This document shows, one piece after another, positions 17,475 to 26,774 of a stretch of 64,000 nt of DNA. A program made the translations under genes and the position numbers. Within the stretch, counting starts at the first letter, position 1. Every line of letters starts with the position of its first letter. The stretch spans positions 160,001-224,000 of the forward strand of contig OY776510.1 in the NCBI GenBank assembly GCA_963675665.1. Reading direction: 5' to 3'. Origin of the DNA: Spirochaetia bacterium. GTDB taxonomy: Bacteria; Spirochaetota; Spirochaetia; UBA9216. Under the pieces are notes generated by a model. It was not told the origin of the DNA, made no database searches, and saw nothing but the letters and a program-made list of their open reading frames with translations.

Positions 17475-19370
17475 TTACTGCTGACTTATATACTCCCCGA
17501 CCCAGTCAAGATTTAAGGACATCAGGCGGGTTTTTGAAGGCTCACCTTTTTCTCCGACCCACCCCGCCATTTCGTAATACTGCTCTCTTGTTTCATTAAA
17601 ATCGGCTTCATTAACGACCTTCCCTTCCGAAATACCATCCGCTAAAGGAGTCGACAGTTTAAGCGGTAATTTATCGTCATCCTTATCAAATCCTTCGCGG
17701 ATATTGAATGCGCGCATCATCTGCAAACCGCGCTCTCCAACCATCAGCATCTCGTAAAGATTTGTTTCCCACCCTGTCGCAAAGTTGATAGCGTCCACCA
17801 GTTCATCAAAGCTGTACGCTCCGCCGAAACCGAATATCATAATGCATACCGATGCTGTATCAACCAGAGCGTATGCTCTTTGAGTCCGCCAGAACAATTT
17901 CGCTTTTTCGGAGTTAAGCTCATCAGGAGCTTCAATCCTGTCGAATCCAAAACTTTTCAGCCTATTCGACAGAGGATAGGTCCCAAGGCTCGGATCCATT
18001 TCCACTGAAACATGATCCGAGCCGAAAGATACCAATGCATATGACAACCCTAAAACGGCTTTAGTCTGCGGCATATGCGCAGGAAACTCTTTCTTTTTAA
18101 CCGTGATTAAAAGCTTACTGCTGTTATTTCCGAAAATTCCGGAAAGCCTCTCCGAGCCGAGAGCGATAAGCTTGCCGAATCCAGTTCCAGTACCAGTCAT
18201 TTCAGCCAACCGGATTACTGATTCGGAATTACCGAAATGGCAGTCGAATCCTTCCGTATCTTCCGCAGTGATAATTCCCTTCTCAAAACATTCCATGATA
18301 AAGCCCATTGTTGCACCGAACGAGACTGTATCCATTGCATACATGGCGCAAATCTCATTGATTTTACAGATAGCGAGCTTATCGGATATCCCGAGATTGG
18401 AACCGCACATTCCGATTGTTTCATATTCAGGTCCACCGTACTTTGCATCTATCCGGTCGGTCTTGCTTTTGTCCACATGACGCTTGCAGCTTTGTGCACA
18501 GGCATAACACGTGCCCGGTTTGATTATTTCTTCATTCCAGGCTTCCGGCATCAGTTTATCAACATTTTCGAATGTTCCTGATGTCCAGTTTCTGGTCGGC
18601 AATCCCCCCAGGGCGGAATTTTCCACAACACAGCCTATTGTTCCGTTCTGTTTGAAACTCTGAAGACCGACGCTTTCACGTATTCTGTTAATTCCCTTCC
18701 GGGCAAAGATTTTCATACCTTCCGGATCAAAAAAATCCGGTTTCTGCGTTCCGCGAACGGCAATGGCTCTTAAATTCTTGGAACCCATCACCGCACCGAG
18801 CCCCCCCCTGCCGTTAAAATGCGCAAGTTCATTTACAATATTAGCGTATCTACACAATGTTTCGCCCGCGCAGCCTATTTGTGCTACTCTGATTTTTTGA
18901 TCTTCATGATAATTTCTGATATGTGCTTGCGCTTCTCCTGTTGTTTTTCCCCATATTTCCGCTGCATCAAGCAGTGAATATTCTCCGTCACAGATCCACA
19001 GATACGAAGGAGTTTCCGCTTTTCCGGTCAGAACTATCGCATCAAAACCGGCTTTTTTCATCTCAGGCGCAAAGTAACCGCCGCCCTCACTTGTCGCAAT
19101 CCCGCCGGTAAGCGGAGATTTGGCTGTTACGGAATGCCTGGAAGCACCGGAAATATTTGATCCTGTAAGCGGACCGACTGTAAAAGCAATAACATTGTCC
19201 GGCGATAATGGATCAACACCCTGTTCTGTTCCCTGCATTACATAGTAAACACCCATACAGCTGCCGCCGACATACTTACGATAGAAATCTTCATTTGGTC
19301 TTTCTATTTCAAATTTCTGTTCAGTTAAATTAATATGCAGTATTTTACCGTTGTATCCTTTCATCCTCAC
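17475..19370 (-). CDS. aldehyde:ferredoxin oxidoreductase family (W/Mo-pyranopterin)
   Basis: GYNGKILHINLT, KSPLTG, GRGGLGAVMGSKNLRAI, CYACAQSC, GPEYET, YYEMAGW motifs; start may be 19364. Confidence 0.93.
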   Translation of the reverse strand: MRMKGYNGKILHINLTEQKFEIERPNEDFYRKYVGGSCMGVYYVMQGTEQGVDPLSPDNVIAFTVGPLTGSNISGASRHSVTAKSPLTGGIATSEGGGYFAPEMKKAGFDAIVLTGKAETPSYLWICDGEYSLLDAAEIWGKTTGEAQAHIRNYHEDQKIRVAQIGCAGETLCRYANIVNELAHFNGRGGLGAVMGSKNLRAIAVRGTQKPDFFDPEGMKIFARKGINRIRESVGLQSFKQNGTIGCVVENSALGGLPTRNWTSGTFENVDKLMPEAWNEEIIKPGTCYACAQSCKRHVDKSKTDRIDAKYGGPEYETIGMCGSNLGISDKLAICKINEICAMYAMDTVSFGATMGFIMECFEKGIITAEDTEGFDCHFGNSESVIRLAEMTGTGTGFGKLIALGSERLSGIFGNNSSKLLITVKKKEFPAHMPQTKAVLGLSYALVSFGSDHVSVEMDPSLGTYPLSNRLKSFGFDRIEAPDELNSEKAKLFWRTQRAYALVDTASVCIMIFGFGGAYSFDELVDAINFATGWETNLYEMLMVGERGLQMMRAFNIREGFDKDDDKLPLKLSTPLADGISEGKVVNEADFNETREQYYEMAGWVGEKGEPSKTRLMSLNLDWVGEYISQQ

Positions 19371-19385
19371 CTCAATTCTTTAGAA

Positions 19386-19646
19386 TCAGCCGCCTGATAA
19401 AAAAGGTATTATCATAAAAGAATCCCCTTCTTTTACCGTAATATCTTCCTTAATCGCTCTAGCCAAAGGAATCCCTCTGATCATCATGGTATACGGGGTC
19501 TCGATTCCGTAATTTGTATCCAAAAAACTCGAAACATATTGTGAAGCATTTCTGATTTCATCATCAACATAAAGCGTTTCGAATTTTACACCTGTTATAT
19601 TTTTATATTCACCAATATATTCAATCGTGATTTTGACACCTTTCAT
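19386..19646 (-). CDS. MoaD/ThiS family sulfur carrier
   Basis: 86 aa ending EGDSFMIIPFLSGG (C-terminal GG), next to the AOR gene. Confidence 0.85.
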   Translation of the reverse strand: MKGVKITIEYIGEYKNITGVKFETLYVDDEIRNASQYVSSFLDTNYGIETPYTMMIRGIPLARAIKEDITVKEGDSFMIIPFLSGG

Positions 19647-19688
19647 ATGGCCTTTGTATGAAATTCCTTTTATATCAATAATCTGCTT

Positions 19689-19757
19689 TGTATTATATTT
19701 CAGAATTATATATAAGTAAAATGCATATTTTTTATAATATATATAATTATTATTTAT
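19689..19757 (-). promoter_or_regulatory. promoter of the MoaD-AOR-GRE2 operon with LysR-type box
   Basis: TTTACT-N17-TATAAT; ATA-N9-TAT box at 19743-19757, at the same offset as the box in 12494-12562. Confidence 0.7.
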
Positions 19758-19950
19758 ATATCAGGATATATAAAACAATAATCAATTTCAAATTTGCAAA
19801 CAGAATTTTATCATGTGCATACATTGATACTGCTAACAAAGCCCAACTATGGAAGAAGTTAATAGTAGTATTCATATTGAAGTGTTTTCAATAAAAATCA
19901 GTAACACTAAAAAAATTACAGCATGACACCGGGCCCCGAAAATAAATAAC

Positions 19951-21081
19951 TTAGTAACTTCCCCTGTCGGCGCTGTAGGCATCTTTCTTCAGCTCTTTCG
20001 CCTCGTCTTTGTGCAGTGTAAACCCGTCCCCCTGGTAACAGGCTTTGTAGGCGGCGATTGCCTCCTGACGGCGGCCGGTAATATCAAGCAATTTGCCCAT
20101 CTCAAGGTTGATTTCCGAAGCAGTATAACCGCTTATTTCATCAAAACTCAGCGACTCCCGGTAAAGCTCCACCGCACTGTTATAATCTCCCAGGGCATTA
20201 CACAGGTTGCCCGTCATCTGGATATACCTTGGAAGCCACTTGCCGGCAAGCTCTCCGCTACCCGGAGCCGTCTCATAAAAGGACAGCAGTTTTTCAGCTT
20301 CGGAAAGCCTGCCGGTGCGCAGCAGAAGATCGATATAAAAAAAGCGTACAGACAGGTTTCCCGGGAACTCCCCTAAAAACGACTCCGCAGTCCTGATGGC
20401 GGAATCGTAATCTTTTTCTATGTAGATACAGGAACTGATATACATCAGATTTGCCTCGTACCGGGTCAAACCGCCTTCTTTTGCCGCCCGTGCAATACCG
20501 GCAAGGCCTTCCGCCTGATCAGGTGAAAAATTGAGCCCCTTGAGCAGGGGTTTCAGATAATCCGGGGCCAGTGAAGTTGTGTAATCCTGTTCGCCCAGAA
20601 TAAAATACATTTCGGGCGGAAAATTCCCCCTCTCCAGGAGTTCCACTGAAAGTTTTCGGGCCTCCACAGCAGAGGCTGCAGTATGTATCCATCGCTCACT
20701 GAGAGCATAACTCTTCATGCGGTAATAACAGAGAAAACAGGCGGCAAACGTCCCGTCAACGCCGCCGGAGTTATCCGTTTCATCGACTTTGTCTTCGGCA
20801 GTCTTCAGATCGCTGAAGATTCTGTTGAAATTTTCATCTCCGGGATCCTGCTTGACTTTCAGAAAATCATAGACAACCTGTCCGAGATCTCCCCACACAT
20901 CCGCCGGATTCTCACTTCTATACTCCGCCAGAACCTCTTCAGCCTGATCAAACTTAAGATTGTAAGCCAGCTGAATAGCGTCATCGACCCGAATCGGCGC
21001 GGAAAAGGCCGATATACCCGTCAAAACCATAAAAAGAGACAGTAACAGCCCTGTATTTTTTTTTATTTTGTGGAATTCCAT
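19951..21081 (-). CDS. secreted tetratricopeptide-repeat protein
   Basis: Signal peptide and helical TPR-like repeats (GNLCNALGDYNSAVELYRESL; MGKLLDITGRRQEAIAAYK). Confidence 0.7.
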   Translation of the reverse strand: MEFHKIKKNTGLLLSLFMVLTGISAFSAPIRVDDAIQLAYNLKFDQAEEVLAEYRSENPADVWGDLGQVVYDFLKVKQDPGDENFNRIFSDLKTAEDKVDETDNSGGVDGTFAACFLCYYRMKSYALSERWIHTAASAVEARKLSVELLERGNFPPEMYFILGEQDYTTSLAPDYLKPLLKGLNFSPDQAEGLAGIARAAKEGGLTRYEANLMYISSCIYIEKDYDSAIRTAESFLGEFPGNLSVRFFYIDLLLRTGRLSEAEKLLSFYETAPGSGELAGKWLPRYIQMTGNLCNALGDYNSAVELYRESLSFDEISGYTASEINLEMGKLLDITGRRQEAIAAYKACYQGDGFTLHKDEAKELKKDAYSADRGSY

Positions 21082-21179
21082 TATTAGAATTATAATGACA
21101 GGAATAAGTACCTGTAAATGATTTTCTTCTTTGCCTTATACTTGAACTATGGGAACATTTAAAAGCTGAAGGATGAGAA

Positions 21180-24100
21180 ATGGAAAAAATGATGGAAAGT
21201 CACGGCCCCTTTTATGTCGGCTTCGATGTAGGCTCTGATACAATTCATACGGCAGTGGTTGACTCGCAGGGCCGCCTGGTCTGGAGCCCCGACTCTCTAA
21301 TGCACTTCGGTAACCCTGTGGACGCACTGAAAGAAGCATACGAGGGAATTCAAGAATATTTTGAAAAAGACAGCATTGCATCATATTCGTTTACCGGCAC
21401 GGCCGGGAAGCTGATTGCAGAGGTTTCAGAATCTCCCTTTTATTATGATACCATAGCCATCTCGGAGGGCGCCCGCGTTATAGCTCCCGAGTCGGAATAC
21501 ATCATCCATGTCGGGTCAAAGGACCCGTATTTTTTTGAAAGGGAAACCGATACGGTGATCACCGGCAAATCCTTCATATCGGACCATGGAACAGGAACCA
21601 AATGCGGCGGCGGCAGCGGCATTCTGATAAACAAACAGGTCCGCAGGTTCTTTGCAGAAGATTGTCCCGTGGAACTGGAAGACCCGCAGGCTCAGGGCAG
21701 CGATGGCGCAGCGTACCAGGCCAGGATGCGAAACAGGCGCAAGCTGCAGAAGCAGGTGGAAGAAATTCACGAAAAAGCCATTGAGACCATTAATGCCTCC
21801 AACAAGGATCTTGATGTGGGCGGACGCTGCGGCGTTATCATTCAGTCCGATATGATACACATGCAGAATTCCGGCGAACAGATAAAAAATATCCTGAAAG
21901 GGATGTATGTACGTATAGCACGCAACTACCGAAGCGACGTTCTCGGCACGCGCACAATAGATCCGTCAAAACGGGCGGTAGCTACAGGAGGAATATTCCT
22001 TAACGGCAACCTCGCCGAGATGTTCAGCAGCGAACTAGGCATCAATCTGGAACGGCCCGACGAGCTTGAAAAGATAGGGGCAGCAGGAGCAGCCTTAAAA
22101 GCGCTTGATGATAAAAAGGAATCCGGTTTCACCATTGAATCCCTGGACAAACTAATCGAAGCCCAGATGCGTGAAATAAAATTCGCCCCCGCCCTGAAAT
22201 CAGTCCTTCATAAAGTTAAAAGTTATGATGAAGAAGATGCGGTATTCAAGTCATCCGGGGGGCTTGTAATTTTCAAGGAGCTTTCCGGAACCACAGAGGT
22301 CGTAATCGGTATTGACGGCGGGTCAACCACAACCAAAGCCCTGATAGCCGGAGCGGATGACCTGGACATTATTGCCGAAATCTGTCTTGACACCGACGGA
22401 AAGCCCCTTGAAACGGCCCAGCGGCTTTTCGCAGAAATTCGCACTTATCTGGGGAAAAAAATAAATATTCGGGGAATAGCCTATACCGGATCTTCCGGGC
22501 AGTTTTACCACCGCCTTTTTACCGACTTTTCCCTGCCGGCGGCAGACTGTGAAACCGATATTGTAAAAGACGAAATCACCTGCCATGCACAGGGCGTCAG
22601 GCACTTCAACGACAAGGTTGATACAATATTCGAGTGCGGCGGACAGGATGCAAAATTTACCGTATTCAACAAAGACGGCACGGTAAAAAAAGCCAAAATG
22701 AACCTGTCATGCATGGCAGGAACCGGGCAATCGATGAAGAACATGCTGGACATGCTCGGATATGACTTTAAAACATTCAAAGAGTACGCCCTTGCTGCAG
22801 AAAGAACTCCAATTACGGATGAAATGTGCGCCATATTCACCGAAGCAGGGGTACTGAAACTTCTGGCATTGAACTTTCCAAAAGAAGAGATTGCCGCCGC
22901 CATAGCCCACGGCTTCATGGGCGGTTACGCAAATAAATTTGTCGGCAGCGAAACCTTCGGAGAATTTGCGTCAGCACAGGGCGGGCCCTTTAAGGGCCTG
23001 GACTGCCTGGCGGCGCTGGCGCTTCATACAGGAATTGAAATCCACGCCTTTCCCCACCGGCAGCTTTTCGGCGCCATGGGCGCGGCCATAGTTGTCTATA
23101 ATGAGATCAGACAGGCGGCCGCCGACGGGAAGAAAGCCGGTTCCAGGTTCCGCGGACTCGACCTGGCCGATGCTGCTTTTGAGAAGCGGGTTGAGAACTG
23201 TTCATCAATGATTGAAGATTCCTGCGGAACCCGCGACTGCAAGCTTCAGGTTTACAAAATCGGCGATGACGAGATTTTTTCCGGCGGGCTCTGCCCCAAG
23301 GGAAATACCGAATCTTCAACCAGGCGGAGCCCCGATTACGTCAACCTCTACAAGAAGTTAATGAACCGTGAGCTTGAAAAATACTCGACAAGCCCCGATA
23401 ACATCCTTGAAAGCGACGGAACACGTATTCTGATTCCCAGAACCCTGCACTTCCTTAACCAGCGGGGAATCTTTTTCACCTCTCTTTTTAAAGAACTTGG
23501 ATTCAAAGTTATAGTCAGCCCCGAATCTAACGATGAAATAGCCAACCTCGGGCTGGCGACATCTCATTCCGAGGCATGCTTTCCGTCAAAACTGCAGCAC
23601 GGGCATGTAGCCTATCTTAAAAATTTCCTCCGACCGGGAATCGATAAAATGTTTCTGGTTAACTACCTCGGACAGGGAGAGAAGGGCGCCCCGCAGGACC
23701 AGTCAAAGACCTGCCCCTTCATCTCGGGAGCCGGATATTCCGCAAAAGAAGCTATAAAAATAGCTACCGAAGATGCGCTGCTGCCTTTGATTCTCTTCGA
23801 TGATCCTATCTACAAGCTTGAGGAAGACATCTGGCAGGATTTCAAGCGGGCGTTCCGCAACACCCCGACACCGGGAAAAATAACGAAAAAGATAGTAAAA
23901 AAGGCTGTTATAAAGGCCATGAACAACCAGAACAGCTTTAACCGATCCGTATGGGACCAGGGGGCAAAAATAGTCGAGGGACTCAAAGCAAAGGGCCATA
24001 AAATATTTATAGGAATCGGCCGCGGTTATACCCTTTTCGACGACAAGGCGAACTCAAAGGTCCATGAGCTGTTCGTTTCAAACGGCCTGCATTTCATTCC

Positions 24101-25730
24101 CGCCTTTTTTCTTGAACAGCCGGATATTGATTTTTCGGATATCGTTCATCATATGTACTGGTTCCAGGGAAGGGAAATGACACGTTATAACCTGATGGTG
24201 GCCCTGGATCCCCAGCTTTACGGCGTCCGGGAAACCAATTTCAACTGCGGTCCCGACGCAATGCTCAGTTACCATGAAACGGAAATATTCAACCGTGCCG
24301 ACAAGCCGTATCTTACCCTGCAGACCGACGGCCATAATTCCAATGCCCAGTTCGGCACCCGCACCATGGCCAACTGGGAGGTTGTAAAAAACCATTGCCC
24401 CGGAAACGTCACGCTTGAAGATCTTAAAACAGCCGGTTCCGGCGAAGGAGAACTGCTCAAAAGAGTAATGGGCGTTCCGAATATGGGGCTCCAGAGTTCA
24501 CAGGCCCTGGCGGCTGTCTTCCGTTCGGTCGGCGTGGAATCAGAAGTCATGCCCACAAAAAATACCGAGACCGAATATTACAGCCGGAAATACCTGATCA
24601 CCAACAACTGCCTGCCCATGCATATCCTGTTCGGGGACTGTATGGCCTGGATTCACAACAAGGTAAAAGAAGGCTATGATGCCAATAAGGACCTGGCCCT
24701 GTTTATTCCGATGGCAGGAGGCCCCTGCAGACTGGGCCAGTACCATATTATTACAAGGTATTTCCTGGACCAGAACGGTTATGGCGGGGTGCTGATTGTT
24801 AACCCGGCAGCCTACCTTGACTGGGAAAACATCCCGGTCCCGGCAAAAGAGAGAGGGATGATCCGGAAAGGTCTTGCAAAAGCAACTATAGCCAACGACA
24901 TTCTCTACAATGCAAGGCTTCGCACCCGCCCATACGAGCTTAACCCCGGCGAGACCGACCGGGTAATGGATGAAATCGGCAGAGAGTTTATCGGTATAGT
25001 CAGCAACGGAAGTGATTTTGCAGACATGAAGGCCCTGATGAACAAGGCTGCCGGGGCCGTTCAGAGAATCCCCGTAAGCAATGAGCGTTATCCGAAGGTA
25101 GGTATGTTCGGCGAAATCTTTGTCCGTTCCCACGACGGTTCAAACGAGGAATCTATCCGCAAACTTGAATCTCACAAACTTGAAGTGGCGCCCAGGCTTA
25201 CCGCCGACATGCTTGAGTATAACAACAAAATGCAGCGGGCCGCATATATCAAGGAACGCAGGTTCGGTCACTGGTTTGTCTCCTACATAAAAGGCGTGTA
25301 CATGCATAACGCGGAAACGGCATTCATGAAACCCTTTGAAGAGTACCTGGCGGACCGCAAACAGAAACGCCCCATTGAGATATACGACCTTTTAAGGAAA
25401 TTCAATATTTTCGATATCAGGATCAAGGGAGAAGCCGGAATATCAATAGGAACATCCTATATGTTTATGACGGACAATCCTGAAGATCTCTGCGGGGTTT
25501 ATCATCTTGAGCCCTTCGGCTGTATGCAGGAATGTGTCGCCACATCCAAGATTCAAAGCCTGATAGACGTTCAGCGCGGAAAGGAAACAGATGTTTCACG
25601 GAAGGTAATCCCGTACCTGGTCGGAGTTTTCGGCGATTCGGAATTGCCCAACCTGGAAGCGGAAATGGCCATGTTTGCCGAGAAATGCTACGCCAGGCGG
25701 GAACTGATTCAGTCAAGGAGGGGAGAATGA
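21180..25730 (+). CDS. fused 2x ASKHA activase + 2x reductase/dehydratase (DUF2229/HGD-D-like) protein; plasmalogen synthase PlsA/R or glycerol ester reductase (Ger)-like
   Basis: GFDVGSDT..KCGGGSG..GRCGV; GIDGGSTTTK..GGQDAK..MNLSCMAGTG..MCAIF; then EACFPSK..HGH, TCPF, NFNCGPDA, CLP, GPCRLGQY, PFGCMQ. Confidence 0.8.
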   Translation: MEKMMESHGPFYVGFDVGSDTIHTAVVDSQGRLVWSPDSLMHFGNPVDALKEAYEGIQEYFEKDSIASYSFTGTAGKLIAEVSESPFYYDTIAISEGARVIAPESEYIIHVGSKDPYFFERETDTVITGKSFISDHGTGTKCGGGSGILINKQVRRFFAEDCPVELEDPQAQGSDGAAYQARMRNRRKLQKQVEEIHEKAIETINASNKDLDVGGRCGVIIQSDMIHMQNSGEQIKNILKGMYVRIARNYRSDVLGTRTIDPSKRAVATGGIFLNGNLAEMFSSELGINLERPDELEKIGAAGAALKALDDKKESGFTIESLDKLIEAQMREIKFAPALKSVLHKVKSYDEEDAVFKSSGGLVIFKELSGTTEVVIGIDGGSTTTKALIAGADDLDIIAEICLDTDGKPLETAQRLFAEIRTYLGKKINIRGIAYTGSSGQFYHRLFTDFSLPAADCETDIVKDEITCHAQGVRHFNDKVDTIFECGGQDAKFTVFNKDGTVKKAKMNLSCMAGTGQSMKNMLDMLGYDFKTFKEYALAAERTPITDEMCAIFTEAGVLKLLALNFPKEEIAAAIAHGFMGGYANKFVGSETFGEFASAQGGPFKGLDCLAALALHTGIEIHAFPHRQLFGAMGAAIVVYNEIRQAAADGKKAGSRFRGLDLADAAFEKRVENCSSMIEDSCGTRDCKLQVYKIGDDEIFSGGLCPKGNTESSTRRSPDYVNLYKKLMNRELEKYSTSPDNILESDGTRILIPRTLHFLNQRGIFFTSLFKELGFKVIVSPESNDEIANLGLATSHSEACFPSKLQHGHVAYLKNFLRPGIDKMFLVNYLGQGEKGAPQDQSKTCPFISGAGYSAKEAIKIATEDALLPLILFDDPIYKLEEDIWQDFKRAFRNTPTPGKITKKIVKKAVIKAMNNQNSFNRSVWDQGAKIVEGLKAKGHKIFIGIGRGYTLFDDKANSKVHELFVSNGLHFIPAFFLEQPDIDFSDIVHHMYWFQGREMTRYNLMVALDPQLYGVRETNFNCGPDAMLSYHETEIFNRADKPYLTLQTDGHNSNAQFGTRTMANWEVVKNHCPGNVTLEDLKTAGSGEGELLKRVMGVPNMGLQSSQALAAVFRSVGVESEVMPTKNTETEYYSRKYLITNNCLPMHILFGDCMAWIHNKVKEGYDANKDLALFIPMAGGPCRLGQYHIITRYFLDQNGYGGVLIVNPAAYLDWENIPVPAKERGMIRKGLAKATIANDILYNARLRTRPYELNPGETDRVMDEIGREFIGIVSNGSDFADMKALMNKAAGAVQRIPVSNERYPKVGMFGEIFVRSHDGSNEESIRKLESHKLEVAPRLTADMLEYNNKMQRAAYIKERRFGHWFVSYIKGVYMHNAETAFMKPFEEYLADRKQKRPIEIYDLLRKFNIFDIRIKGEAGISIGTSYMFMTDNPEDLCGVYHLEPFGCMQECVATSKIQSLIDVQRGKETDVSRKVIPYLVGVFGDSELPNLEAEMAMFAEKCYARRELIQSRRGE

Positions 25731-26071
25731 GTCTGAAAGGAGCGCTTTTACTGCTTGCTACGGTTTCCTTCACAGTCACCGGGCAAATTCTGATGAAGAA
25801 AGGAGTAACCGCCGCAGGCAATCTTACAGCAAAAACAGCCCTTGCGTCCCCGTTTATGATCATAGGCATATTATGCTATATTTCCGGGTTTCTGGTCTGG
25901 ATTAATGTTCTCAGCATACTGCCGCTTTCGATAGCCTACCCGTCCTCCAGTATTTCGTACGTGCTTGTTATCTTTGCATCTGCAATTGTGCTGGGAGAAC
26001 CGTTGAATATCTTTAAGGCAATCGGCATAGCTTTTATTCTTGCAGGGGTTTTCTTTATAAGCCGCAGCTGA
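25727..26071 (+). CDS. SMR/EamA small membrane transporter (ArnE/ArnF flippase-like)
   Basis: 114 aa, 4 TM helices, GQILMKKG, LPLSIAYP, LGEP..KAIG; ATGA overlap with the upstream stop. Confidence 0.85.
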   Translation: MSLKGALLLLATVSFTVTGQILMKKGVTAAGNLTAKTALASPFMIIGILCYISGFLVWINVLSILPLSIAYPSSSISYVLVIFASAIVLGEPLNIFKAIGIAFILAGVFFISRS

Positions 26072-26086
26072 ACCGGACTTCGGGAC

Positions 26087-26689
26087 TCAGCTCTTCCTTC
26101 CGGTGAGCCTCGAAAACAGCGACTGCCGCTTTCCCCCTTCGGAAGCTCCGCTTTTCCCGGAAAGTTCCGAATCGGAAGATATGGCTGAAGATGTGTCCCT
26201 GTCGCCTTCTGCGGGAAGCGTGTTATCCGCCCAACCGGTGCCTACCGCAGGCACAATTCGCCTGATGAAGGGCACTGTTCCGTCAAGGCTTCTTCCCGCC
26301 TCCTGCTCACATTCCTGAAGCACTATATGCCAGGCAGGAGCAAACCCCGGGGCTCTTACCGACATTTTTTCTATTGCCGACTGGTAAACCTGAAGCTGAA
26401 GCTTCTCTCTTCTGCCCGGTTTCGCCGAAAGGTTCTGCAGCGATGTCTTAAGGTTCGAGTTCCTGTTTTTCAGGTCGTCCATTTCTTTCTTCATACCGTT
26501 GATTGACGCAGCCTCCAGGTCAATACGGTTGACAAGACTGTTTCGAAGTTCACGAACTTCTCGCTTATTCCTGGATTTAAGCACCAGGATTCTGATCCCG
26601 AAAATAAGCCATGCTATTAAAAACCCGGCTGCAAAAGCATATACTACATTCTGATCAACCGGTCCGATTTCAAATACTGGTACTGCCAC
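26087..26689 (-). CDS. hypothetical membrane-anchored coiled-coil protein
   Basis: N-terminal TM helix, coiled coil, APGFAPAW segment, Ser-rich tail. Confidence 0.6.
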   Translation of the reverse strand: MAVPVFEIGPVDQNVVYAFAAGFLIAWLIFGIRILVLKSRNKREVRELRNSLVNRIDLEAASINGMKKEMDDLKNRNSNLKTSLQNLSAKPGRREKLQLQVYQSAIEKMSVRAPGFAPAWHIVLQECEQEAGRSLDGTVPFIRRIVPAVGTGWADNTLPAEGDRDTSSAISSDSELSGKSGASEGGKRQSLFSRLTGRKS

Positions 26690-26774
26690 CCATCGCTCTC
26701 CTTTAATAAAAATATATCATTTAAAACAGATTTATCACAGTAGATCAAAAACGGTAAAAGAGCTGACCCGACAA

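Noticed and set aside
25532-25726. N-terminal extension of the SMR ORF (179 aa in the track)
   Set aside because: It overlaps the upstream gene; the ATG at 25727 has an SD and gives a typical 114-aa protein.
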